Below are positions 9,636-18,726 of a DNA stretch of 64,000 bases, in pieces. The translations under genes and the position numbers were made by a program. The stretch lies in NCBI RefSeq assembly GCF_045037415.1, contig NZ_CP173438.1, one strand, 5' to 3'. Origin of the DNA: Escherichia coli (GTDB lineage: Bacteria > Pseudomonadota > Gammaproteobacteria > Enterobacterales > Enterobacteriaceae). The notes beneath the pieces were generated by a model, which ran no database searches, was not told the DNA's origin, and was given only the letters and a program-made list of their open reading frames with translations. Each line of letters begins with the position of its first letter. Position 1 is the stretch's first letter.

Positions 9636-10406
9636 GTGAAAAGTATAATTGACCCATCGGCATTATTCATTGATTTAGGCGCGCAGAAACGTCCCACTGT
9701 GATTTCTATTGTTGGTGCTGGGGGGAAAACCAGCTTGCTTTTTTGGCTGGCAGAACTGTTCCAGGCGAGTGGCAGGCGTGTATTAATCACTACGACGACA
9801 CATATGTTTATGCCAACATCTCACTGGCCCGTGGTTTTCTGTCGTGATCCCGCCATGCTTCCTCATGCGTCTTTTATATCCCCCATTTCATTTTGTTTTC
9901 ACTGCTGGAAAGCGAACCAGGGAAAAGTGCAGGGATTTACGCCAGAAGCGATTGATGCACTGGTACAACGACCAGAGTGTGACGTAATTCTCATTGAGGC
10001 AGATGGCTCGCGTGGAATGCCGTTAAAAGCGCCTGATGAGCACGAACCTTGCATACCTAAAAGCAGTTGCTGCGTGATTGCTGTGATGGGAGGACATATT
10101 TTGGGTGCGAAAGTGAGCACAGAAAATGTCCATCGCTGGTCGCAGTTTGCTGATATTACTGGGTTAACACCTGATGCACCCTTGCAACTGAGCGATCTCG
10201 TTGCGCTGGTTCGCCACCCTCAGGGCGCGTTTAAAAACGTACCGCAAGGTTGTCGGCGAGTCTGGTTCATTAACCGTTTTTCTCAATGTGAGAATGCGAT
10301 TGCGCAAAGCGAGCTCCTTCAACCGCTGCAACAACACAACGTAGAGGCAATCTGGCTGGGCGATATACAAGAACATCCTGCAATCGCGCGCAGATTTGTG
10401 AATTAG
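9636..10406 (+). CDS. yqeC: P-loop accessory protein of selenium-dependent molybdenum hydroxylase systems
   Basis: 256 aa, GTG start; Walker A IVGAGGKTS. Confidence 0.85.
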   Translation: MKSIIDPSALFIDLGAQKRPTVISIVGAGGKTSLLFWLAELFQASGRRVLITTTTHMFMPTSHWPVVFCRDPAMLPHASFISPISFCFHCWKANQGKVQGFTPEAIDALVQRPECDVILIEADGSRGMPLKAPDEHEPCIPKSSCCVIAVMGGHILGAKVSTENVHRWSQFADITGLTPDAPLQLSDLVALVRHPQGAFKNVPQGCRRVWFINRFSQCENAIAQSELLQPLQQHNVEAIWLGDIQEHPAIARRFVN

Positions 10407-10453
10407 CGGCCCGGGTATTCCGGGTTACTGAAAGGATATCCATTGAGGTTGGT

Positions 10454-12079
10454 ATGAATATTTTCACAGAGGCTGCAAAACTCGAAGAGCAAAATTGTCC
10501 GTTTGCGATGGCGCAAATTGTTGATAGCCGAGGCTCAACCCCCCGCCATTCTGCACAAATGTTAGTGCGCGCCGATGGTTCTATCGTCGGTACAATTGGT
10601 GGCGGAATGGTTGAGCGGAAGGTGATTGAAGAGTCGCTTCAGGCATTGCAGGAACGTAAGCCGCGATTATTCCATGGACGTATGGCTCGTAACGGTGCGG
10701 ATGCTGTCGGGTCAGATTGTGGAGGTGCAATGTCAGTATTTATCAGCGTCCATGGTATGCGTCCACGTCTGGTGTTGATTGGTGCGGGGCATGTCAACCG
10801 GGCGATAGCCCAGAGTGCGGCGCTATTAGGATTTGATATCGCCGTTGCCGATATTTATCGCGAAAGCCTCAATCCTGAACTATTCCCACCATCAACCACG
10901 CTTCTCCATGCTGAGTCGTTTGGTGCGGCAGTGGAAGCACTGGATATTCGCCCTGATAATTTTGTCCTGATTGCCACGAATAATCAGGATCGTGAAGCCC
11001 TCGACAAACTCATTGAACAACCCATTGCATGGCTGGGGTTGCTGGCAAGTCGCCGCAAGGTTCAGCTTTTCCTACACCAATTGCGTGAGAAAGGCGTGGC
11101 TGAAGAACATATTGCCCGTTTACATGCGCCCGTTGGTTACAACATAGGTGCGGAAACGCCGCAGGAGATCGCCATCAGCGTGCTGGCAGAAATATTACAG
11201 GTGAAAAATAACGCGCCGGGTGGGCTGATGATGAAGCCTTCTCATCCTTCCGGACACCAGCTGGTGGTGATTCGCGGTGCGGGGGATATCGCCAGTGGTG
11301 TAGCGCTACGTCTGTATCATGCGGGTTTTAAAGTGATCATGTTGGAAGTGGAAAAACCGACAGTGATTCGTTGTACCGTGGCGTTTGCCCAGGCCGTGTT
11401 CGATGGCGAAATGACGGTCGAAGGCGTCACCGCCCGCCTGGCAACCAGCTCTGCGGAAGCGATGAAACTTACCGAACGCGGATTTATCCCTGTGATGGTA
11501 GATCCCACCTGTTCATTGCTTGATGAACTGAAACCGCTTTGCGTGGTGGACGCTATTCTGGCGAAACAGAATTTGGGAACGCGGGCAGATATGGCACCAG
11601 TAACAATCGCGCTTGGGCCGGGCTTTACTGCAGGGAAGGATTGTCATGCGGTAATTGAAACAAATCGCGGGCACTGGCTCGGTCAGGTGATTTACTCAGG
11701 TTGTGCGCAGGAGAATACCGGTGTTCCCGGCAATATTATGGGGCATACCACCCGACGAGTGATCCGCGCTCCTGCTGCAGGCATTATGCGATCCAACGTG
11801 AAATTAGGCGATCTGGTGAAAGAGGGCGATGTCATTGCCTGGATTGGTGAGCATGAAATTAAAGCACCGTTGACGGGGATGGTGCGTGGCTTGTTGAACG
11901 ACGGACTGGCCGTGGTCGGTGGTTTTAAAATTGGTGATATCGATCCTCGTGGTGAAACGGCTGATTTCACCAGCGTTTCTGATAAAGCCCGGGCGATTGG
12001 CGGCGGCGTACTTGAGGCGTTAATGATGTTGATGCATCAGGGCGTTAAAGCGACAAAAGAAGTGCTGGAAGTGGCTTAA
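10454..12079 (+). CDS. yqeB: XdhC/CoxI-family molybdenum hydroxylase maturation protein
   Basis: 541 aa; Rossmann-like LVLIGAGHV segment; follows yqeC by 47 nt. Confidence 0.88.
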   Translation: MNIFTEAAKLEEQNCPFAMAQIVDSRGSTPRHSAQMLVRADGSIVGTIGGGMVERKVIEESLQALQERKPRLFHGRMARNGADAVGSDCGGAMSVFISVHGMRPRLVLIGAGHVNRAIAQSAALLGFDIAVADIYRESLNPELFPPSTTLLHAESFGAAVEALDIRPDNFVLIATNNQDREALDKLIEQPIAWLGLLASRRKVQLFLHQLREKGVAEEHIARLHAPVGYNIGAETPQEIAISVLAEILQVKNNAPGGLMMKPSHPSGHQLVVIRGAGDIASGVALRLYHAGFKVIMLEVEKPTVIRCTVAFAQAVFDGEMTVEGVTARLATSSAEAMKLTERGFIPVMVDPTCSLLDELKPLCVVDAILAKQNLGTRADMAPVTIALGPGFTAGKDCHAVIETNRGHWLGQVIYSGCAQENTGVPGNIMGHTTRRVIRAPAAGIMRSNVKLGDLVKEGDVIAWIGEHEIKAPLTGMVRGLLNDGLAVVGGFKIGDIDPRGETADFTSVSDKARAIGGGVLEALMMLMHQGVKATKEVLEVA

Positions 12080-12087
12080 ATGAAAAT

Positions 12088-12113
12088 GGCCGGATGGTAT
12101 TACCCATCCGGCC
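12088..12113. terminator. Bidirectional hairpin terminator between convergent yqeB and yqeA
   Basis: GGCCGGATGG-tatta-CCCATCCGGCC followed by TTTAAATT. Confidence 0.6.
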
Positions 12114-12119
12114 TTTAAA

Positions 12120-13052
12120 TTACTGACAAATCACCGTTCCGGTTTTGCCTTCAATCCCTTCTTTCGCTTTGCTCAATACGGTAATCAGTGCTTCACGACC
12201 TGCGCGAGAGCGAGCAAACGAGGCGGCAGCTTCCACTTTAGGCAGCATAGAACCTTTCGCAAAATGACCTTCTTCGATAAAGCGTTCAGCATCACTTAAT
12301 GACAGGCGATCGAGCCACTGTTCATTCTCTTTTCCGAAGTTAATGGCCACTTTTTCTACCGCAGTCAGAATGATCAGCATATCGGCATCGATCATTTCTG
12401 CTAAACGGGCACTGGCCCAGTCTTTATCGATAACCGCGCTGGCACCACGCAGATGGTTACCTTCACGAATAACAGGGATACCACCACCGCCAACGGTGAT
12501 CACCACCTGTCCGGCATCTACCAGAGCTTTAACCGTTTCTTTTTCAATGATATCAACCGGTTTTGGCGAAGCAACGACACGACGATAGCCGCGACCCGCA
12601 TCTTCTTTCAGAGTGTAACCCTGTTTTGTCAGTAGCTCTGCTTCTTGCTCGGTAAAGAACGAACCAATCGGCTTGGTCGGGTTGAGGAATGCCGGATCGT
12701 TAGCATCGACTTCGACCTGGGTAACCAGCGTTGCTACAGGTTTATTAATGCCACGAGAAAGCAGTTCTTCTCTTAAGGCGTTTTGTAGATCGTAACCAAT
12801 ATAACCCTGGCTTAAGGCAACACAGACAGACATCGGCAGCATTGGCGAGTGCGCTTCAGTTTTTGCGGCAGCTTCAAAGGCCTGGTTAATCATGCCCACC
12901 TGTGGCCCGTTGCCATGAGTGACGATGACCTCATGTCCCTGGGCAATTAAATCAACAATTGCCTGAGAAGTAATTTTTACCGCTTTCATTTGTCCGGCCA
13001 GGTCATCGCCCAGCGCATTCCCGCCCAGGGCGAGAACAATTTTCTTACTCAT
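12120..13052 (-). CDS. yqeA: Carbamate kinase
   Basis: 310 aa; N-terminus MSKKIVLALGGNALG typical of carbamate kinases. Confidence 0.93.
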   Translation of the reverse strand: MSKKIVLALGGNALGDDLAGQMKAVKITSQAIVDLIAQGHEVIVTHGNGPQVGMINQAFEAAAKTEAHSPMLPMSVCVALSQGYIGYDLQNALREELLSRGINKPVATLVTQVEVDANDPAFLNPTKPIGSFFTEQEAELLTKQGYTLKEDAGRGYRRVVASPKPVDIIEKETVKALVDAGQVVITVGGGGIPVIREGNHLRGASAVIDKDWASARLAEMIDADMLIILTAVEKVAINFGKENEQWLDRLSLSDAERFIEEGHFAKGSMLPKVEAAASFARSRAGREALITVLSKAKEGIEGKTGTVICQ

Positions 13053-13099
13053 TTTTCCTCACTCATCATTCTTGATTGTGTATAGATCCCTGGCAGTGG

Positions 13100-14485
13100 T
13101 TAGAGCACGGGAGGGACAAACGGTTTGCGTCGCAGGAAACGACCTCGCCCGGCTTTGCCTGTAAAGGTGCCGTCGCAGAAAATCGTTTCACCACGGGATA
13201 AGGTTCTGACAATCGCGCCCTGACAGGTAAAACCCTCCCATGGCGAGTAGTCAGCGTTGTCGTGGAGATGGCGATGCTGAATTTGTTGGCTCTGACGTGG
13301 GTCTATAATCACCACGTCGCCATCGGAACCGGGCGCTAATAATCCTTTTTGTGGCCACAGGCCAAACAGCCTGGCGGGCATTGCACTGGTTAACTCAACA
13401 AAACGCTCCGGTGAGATACGCCCCGTCATCACGCCACTGGAGAACAGCAGTTGCATGCGGTTCTCCACACCGGGTAAGCCATTTGGGCAGCGGCTGAAAT
13501 CGCCTTTAGAAATTTGCAGGCGTTGAGCCATCGAGAAGGTGCAGTGATCGGTTGCCACCACGTCAATCGCACCATCGCTGATGCCACACCACAGTTTGTC
13601 CTGCTCGCGTACGTTACGCAGCGGTGGGCTAAGAATGAACTTCATGCCATCTTCTGTATCGTAACTGCGTTCGTCCAACAGGAGATATTGTGGGCAGGTT
13701 TCAACCCAGACTGGCTGGTGATTCGCACGGGCAAGACGCAGATAATCCAGACCTAAGCCGTTAGACAGGTGCACGATATAGAGCGGGGCGTTACCGGCAA
13801 TTTGTGCCAGGTTAATCATGCGGGCGATGGCTTCCGCTTCGCATTCCAGAGGTCGACTCAAGGCATGATAACGCGGCGCGGTTAACCCTGCGGCGATAAA
13901 CTCCGCCCGCTTGCTGGCGATAGCTGCGTCATTTTCCGGGTGCACGGTGGTCAGCGCGCCGGACTCATGCAAGCGGCGTAATGCCTGCAACACTTCATCA
14001 TCGTTGAGTTTATATTGATAGGTTAAATAGAGTTTAAAACTGCTCAGTCCTTCCTCAACCATCATCGGAATTTCGTCGAGGATAGCGTGATTAATATGTT
14101 GAATGACACCGTGAAAGCTGTAGTCGATGACTGCTTTGTGGGCGGCATAACCGCGATAAACTTCCAGTTGATGGCGTAACCGGCAGCCATTTGGGCCAAA
14201 TCCCATATGGTCAATAATGGTTGTTGTACCGCCACACGCAGCTGCGCGGGTACCGGTAAAAAAATCATCACAACTGCGCGCGATGCCGACATCAATATTG
14301 AAATGCGTATGGACATCCACGCCGCCAGGGAAAACGTAACAGCCAGAGGCATCAATTTCTTCGCAAGGGAGTTGCGGCGAAATATCGGTACCCAACTGGC
14401 GAACAATCCCGCTTTCAATCAGCAAATCCTGCTTCGCCTGTCCATCTGCATTAACAACAATGCCGTTTTTTATCAATACGCGCAT
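13100..14485 (-). CDS. hyuA: Cyclic amidohydrolase (D-phenylhydantoinase/dihydropyrimidinase family)
   Basis: GGVDVHTHF metal-binding motif; ATG at 14485 with GGAG RBS preferred over the upstream TTG of the 465-aa track ORF, giving 461 aa. Confidence 0.92.
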   Translation of the reverse strand: MRVLIKNGIVVNADGQAKQDLLIESGIVRQLGTDISPQLPCEEIDASGCYVFPGGVDVHTHFNIDVGIARSCDDFFTGTRAAACGGTTTIIDHMGFGPNGCRLRHQLEVYRGYAAHKAVIDYSFHGVIQHINHAILDEIPMMVEEGLSSFKLYLTYQYKLNDDEVLQALRRLHESGALTTVHPENDAAIASKRAEFIAAGLTAPRYHALSRPLECEAEAIARMINLAQIAGNAPLYIVHLSNGLGLDYLRLARANHQPVWVETCPQYLLLDERSYDTEDGMKFILSPPLRNVREQDKLWCGISDGAIDVVATDHCTFSMAQRLQISKGDFSRCPNGLPGVENRMQLLFSSGVMTGRISPERFVELTSAMPARLFGLWPQKGLLAPGSDGDVVIIDPRQSQQIQHRHLHDNADYSPWEGFTCQGAIVRTLSRGETIFCDGTFTGKAGRGRFLRRKPFVPPVL

Positions 14486-14500
14486 AGCAAACTCCAAAAA

Positions 14501-14520
14501 CCCTCCGGTGAACCGGAGGG
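14501..14520 (-). promoter_or_regulatory. Intercistronic hairpin with U-run overlapping the hyuA ribosome-binding site
   Basis: Minus strand: CCCTCCGGttcaCCGGAGGG, then TTTTT, then GGAG and ATG of hyuA. Confidence 0.45.
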
Positions 14521-14537
14521 GAATAAGTGAAGAGTAA

Positions 14538-15749
14538 TTATTCGGTTGCCAGCCAGCTTAATGGGATTGCAGCGTACATAGCGGCACAGGTTACCAGGTG
14601 AGATTTCCAGGTTTTTTCGTTTGGCGCGTGCGCTTCCGGTTCTTTACCGGGGCCAAAACCGATGACCGGAATGCCGTGGCGACCCATGATGGATACGCCA
14701 TTAGTCGAGAAGGTCCACTTATCAACGACAGGCGCTTTACCAAACAGCCCTTCATAAGCATTCACCAGTGCTTTAACGGTGAAGTGATCTTCTTCCACTT
14801 TCCAGGTCGGGAAGTAGCATTCGGTTGGGTAAACCAGGCCAGTCCAGGACGGGCGGTCGTAGTTGTACATAGAAACGACAGCATTCGCTTTTTGTACTGC
14901 AGGCAGGGCACGGATCTCGTCCAGCGCGCCTTCCCAGGTTTCGCCCCAGGTCAGACGACGGTCGATTGAAACTGCGCAGCTGTCTGCGACAGCGCAACGG
15001 CTTGGGGAGGTGAAGAAAATTTCAGAAACGGTGAGGGTGCCTTTGCCGAGGAATTCGTCATAACCCAGACGTTGGGAGAGTTCTTGTAATTCGCCAAGAA
15101 TCGGACCCATTTTGAAAATGGCGTTATCACCGCGTTCTGGTGCCGAACCGTGGCAGCTAACACCCTGAACATCAATACGAATTTCCATACGACCGCGTTG
15201 ACCACGGTATACCTGGCAGTCGGTTGGTTCGGTACTGACCACAAATTCCGGGCGAATGCCGGATTGTTCAATAATGTACTGCCAGCACAGGCCGTCGCAG
15301 TCTTCTTCCTGCACAGTACCGGTAACCAGCAGGGTATATTCATCTTCCAGACCGAGATCTTTAATGATTTTACCGGCATATACCATAGACGCCATGCCGC
15401 CTTCCTGGTCGGAAGTACCACGACCACCGATCAGCTCGTCGGTTTCCATGCCTTCATACGGATCGAAGTCCCAGTTTTTGATGTTGCCAATGCCGACTGT
15501 ATCGATATGAGCGTCCATTGCCACCAGACGCGGGCCGTGGCCGATATAACCGAGAACGTTGCCCATTGGGTCGATTTCAACTTTATCGAAGCCGACTTTT
15601 TCCATCTCTTCTTTAATACGATGTACTACGCGTTTCTCGTCGCAGCTTTCACTGGGAATAGCAACCATATCGCGCAGGAAGCGAGTCATGTCTGCCTGGT
15701 AATCTTTTGCTTTTTCAAGAATCAGTTTGAATGGAATATTCTTAGCCAT
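14538..15749 (-). CDS. ygeY: M20-family metallopeptidase/deacylase (ArgE/DapE-like)
   Basis: 403 aa; M20 family assignment rests mainly on length and operon position (by recall); no specific motif checked. Confidence 0.9.
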
Positions 15750-15806
15750 TATTTTTCTCCAGATTTTTTACTCCCCGTTTTGCAGGGAGCAGTTCCAATA
15801 GGGTGA

Positions 15807-17003
15807 TTAAGGTGCTACAGCGTGTTTGCCTTCCCAGACAACTTCGCGGTAGTGCTTCACGTCGGTGTCGCCTTCAGTGCTGATAACCAGCACCACGGCA
15901 TCTTTGTTCAGCGCCAGTTTTTCCATCAGGCTTTGACGTTGCGGGTGATAATGAACCGCTGCGAGAACGCCCAAACCGACAGCGCCGGATTCACCGGAGA
16001 TGATGCGCGGGTCGTTGCCGTACGGATTACCCAGCACGCGCATACCTAATGCGGCAACGCTGTCCTGGCAGGAGATGAATTGGGTGGCGCAGTTACGTAG
16101 GATTTCCCAGCCCAGCGGGTTAGGTTCGCCGCAGGCCAGGCCCGCCATGATGGTGGCCATATCACCGCCAACGTTGACGATGTCGCCTTTGACGCCGGAG
16201 CGATAAATACAGTCAGCTTTGTCAGGTTCAACAATAATGCTGTGCAGATTTTGCGGGCTATAGACGTCGACCAGATAACCCAGCACACCACCGGCCATTG
16301 CACCGACACCTGCTTGCAGCAGAACGTGTGTCGGGGTTACGCCCATTTCACGCATTTGCTCGACGGCTTCATCCGCCAGTGTTGCGTAGCCTTGCATGAT
16401 CCAGGTTGGGATTTTGGTGTAACCTTCCCATGCCGTGTCCTGTACCACTTCCCAGCCGTGCTGCTGCGCGTGTTGCATGGTCAGGCGAACGGTATCGTCA
16501 TAGTTCATATCCGTGACGATGCACTCGGCACCGAGGTTTAGAATGGCGTCAACGCGTTCCTGAGCAGAACCTTTCGGCATGTAAATCACCGCATTCTGTC
16601 CGAGTTGCTGAGCGGCCCATGCCACACCGCGCCCGTGGTTGCCGTCGGTGGTGGTCGCGAAAGTCATTTTTTCGCCAATGGCATTTTTCAGGTGCTCAAA
16701 TGATAGCGTTTCGATATCAAGATGATATTTTTCACACAATAATTGAGCGATGGCGTATGCGCCGCCGAGCATTTTGAAGGCGTTCAGACCGAAGCGTTTT
16801 GATTCGTCCTTAACGAGAATTTTCTTTACACCAAACAGGTTTGCGAGATCGTCCAGCGCACAAAGCGGTGTTGGGCGATAACCAGCAATTTTCTGGTGGA
16901 ACTGGCGTGCCAGTTTTGCCTGGCTTTGCGAAAAAAGCGGTGATGTTTCGCCGTTGAAAAATTTGTTATCGGCGATATCAATCTTTAATGAGAAAACGGA
17001 CAT
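15807..17003 (-). CDS. ygeX: PLP-dependent diaminopropionate ammonia-lyase
   Basis: 398 aa; fold-type II PLP enzyme features; position between ygeY and ygeW. Confidence 0.9.
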   Translation of the reverse strand: MSVFSLKIDIADNKFFNGETSPLFSQSQAKLARQFHQKIAGYRPTPLCALDDLANLFGVKKILVKDESKRFGLNAFKMLGGAYAIAQLLCEKYHLDIETLSFEHLKNAIGEKMTFATTTDGNHGRGVAWAAQQLGQNAVIYMPKGSAQERVDAILNLGAECIVTDMNYDDTVRLTMQHAQQHGWEVVQDTAWEGYTKIPTWIMQGYATLADEAVEQMREMGVTPTHVLLQAGVGAMAGGVLGYLVDVYSPQNLHSIIVEPDKADCIYRSGVKGDIVNVGGDMATIMAGLACGEPNPLGWEILRNCATQFISCQDSVAALGMRVLGNPYGNDPRIISGESGAVGLGVLAAVHYHPQRQSLMEKLALNKDAVVLVISTEGDTDVKHYREVVWEGKHAVAP

Positions 17004-17060
17004 ATCCTATCCTTTTGGCCTCTGGAAATAGAGGGCCGACCAGCTGATCGGCCCGAGGGG

Positions 17061-18251
17061 TTATTTCACGCGTTCTTGCGCTTCTTTCAGCAGTTGCTCG
17101 AGCAGTGCACCTGGTTTGGCGTATTTACGGGACAGGATCATCGCGGCGATGATATAAGGCTTCCAGCTGGCTTCTTTGTAGGTAGCGATACGGTATTTTT
17201 CGAATACGCCTTCAGTCACTTCACCTTCTTTGCAGGATACGCCGCTGATATCAGCTGGCAGGCAGTGCATGTACAGGGCTTCGCCATCACGGGTCAGCTC
17301 CATCATCTCTTCGGTACAATGCCAGTCTTTGTGCTGTGCGTTCTGTGCCAGACACTGTTTTTCCAGCGCTTTCAGTCCTTCGTGATCGTTCGCACGCAGC
17401 AGTTCAGTACGCTCTTCCATCACTTTGTAAGGTGCCCAGGACTTCGGATAAACGATGTCTGCGTCTTTGAAGGCTTCTTCCATGCTGGTGACCTGACGGA
17501 AGCTACCACCGGAGGCTTTAGCATTGTTTTTAGCAACTTCAACGACATCCGGGATCAGGTCGTAGCCTTCCGGATGGGCCAGGGTGACATCCATACCGAA
17601 GCGGGTCATCAGACCGATGATGCCTTGTGGTACAGAGAGCGGTTTGCCATAGCTTGGGGAGTAGGCCCAGGTCATGGCGATTTTTTTACCTTTCAGGTTT
17701 TCCAGTGAACCAAAGTGTTCACGTAACCATGCCAGATCAGCCATTGATTGAGTCGGGTGGTCAATATCGCATTGCAGGTTCACTAAAGCCGGACGCTGCG
17801 GCAGCACACCCTGCTTGTAACCGTCATCAAGTGCAGCGCCAACTTCACGCATATAGGCGTTGCCTGCGCCCAGATACATATCGTCGCGAATACCGATAGC
17901 GTCAGCGCAGAAGGAGATCATATTGGCGGTTTCACGCACGGTTTCGCCGTGAGCGATTTGTGATTTACCTTCGTCAAGATCTTGTTGTGCAAGGCCGAGC
18001 AGGTTAAGCGCGGAAGCATAAGAGAAGCGGGTACGGGTGGAATTGTCGCGGAATACGGAAATACCTAATCCACTATTAAAGACTTTGGTTGAGATGTTTT
18101 CAGCACGCAGTGCTTTTAACGCGGCGGCAACGTCCAGTACTTGTTTCAGTTCGTCTGGCGTCTGTTCCCACGTTAACAAAAAATCTTTTTCATGCAGGTG
18201 AGAGGTCAGCGAATTGATATCCTTAATCAGCTCATTAACAGTTTTCATCAT
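17061..18251 (-). CDS. ygeW: Transcarbamylase of unknown specificity (ATCase/OTCase fold)
   Basis: 396 aa; carbamoyl-phosphate motif STRTR and HCLP motif both present. Confidence 0.93.
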   Translation of the reverse strand: MMKTVNELIKDINSLTSHLHEKDFLLTWEQTPDELKQVLDVAAALKALRAENISTKVFNSGLGISVFRDNSTRTRFSYASALNLLGLAQQDLDEGKSQIAHGETVRETANMISFCADAIGIRDDMYLGAGNAYMREVGAALDDGYKQGVLPQRPALVNLQCDIDHPTQSMADLAWLREHFGSLENLKGKKIAMTWAYSPSYGKPLSVPQGIIGLMTRFGMDVTLAHPEGYDLIPDVVEVAKNNAKASGGSFRQVTSMEEAFKDADIVYPKSWAPYKVMEERTELLRANDHEGLKALEKQCLAQNAQHKDWHCTEEMMELTRDGEALYMHCLPADISGVSCKEGEVTEGVFEKYRIATYKEASWKPYIIAAMILSRKYAKPGALLEQLLKEAQERVK

Positions 18252-18343
18252 AAAGTCCCGATAGTGGAATGACAGGCAAAGTGGTTTATTTCACTGTGAC
18301 GTGCCAAAGTGATTGGTGTTTTCACAGCTATACCTCGGACTAA

Positions 18344-18357
18344 CAATAAGTGTGCCA
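18344..18357 (-). promoter_or_regulatory. Weak candidate sigma-54 promoter upstream of ygeW
   Basis: Minus strand TGGCACACTTATTGTT: perfect -24 TGGCAC but -12 reads TTGT instead of TTGC. Confidence 0.25.
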
Positions 18358-18400
18358 GAATTATCCACGCGGCTGCGAAAGGCTAATTTGACGGATAATG

Positions 18401-18416
18401 TGTGGGGTTGATCACA
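18401..18416. promoter_or_regulatory. CRP-like palindrome in ygeW-ygeV divergent region
   Basis: TGTGGGGTTGATCACA (TGTGg-N6-TCACA). Confidence 0.3.
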
Positions 18417-18726
18417 TATTGATGCCAGTTTCCGGTTGTTTGTAAAATACGAAAACGTTTGGCTTTTTTTATTACGTTATTTATTTGCTGCTAAGTATCA
18501 GAAATAAGATAAAGAGGCAGGCTATCTCTCTTCAGTTTGATAAACTTGCCGCTGTAATTCTCATATTGATATAGAAATGTGATATCTCTTCCATAATTTT
18601 ATTAGAAAGTGATAAAAATCTTATGTTTTTATCAAAGCCAATTTCGCCTGAGTTAATATCATCATGATCTGTGAACCATCAACGTCTTCAATGATCGACT
18701 TTTAAGTAAGTCTGGAAGGTAAAGCT

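Noticed and set aside
14486-14497. TTG start giving a 465-aa HyuA
   Set aside because: The ATG at 14485 with a GGAG RBS 6 nt upstream is the better start; the TTG lies within the hairpin and U-run.
17004-17060. Hairpins in the ygeX-ygeW and ygeY-ygeX spacers as terminators
   Set aside because: Stems exist (for example GGGCCGA...TCGGCCC at 17020-17041) but are not followed by U-runs on the transcribed strand; more likely mRNA structure or processing sites.
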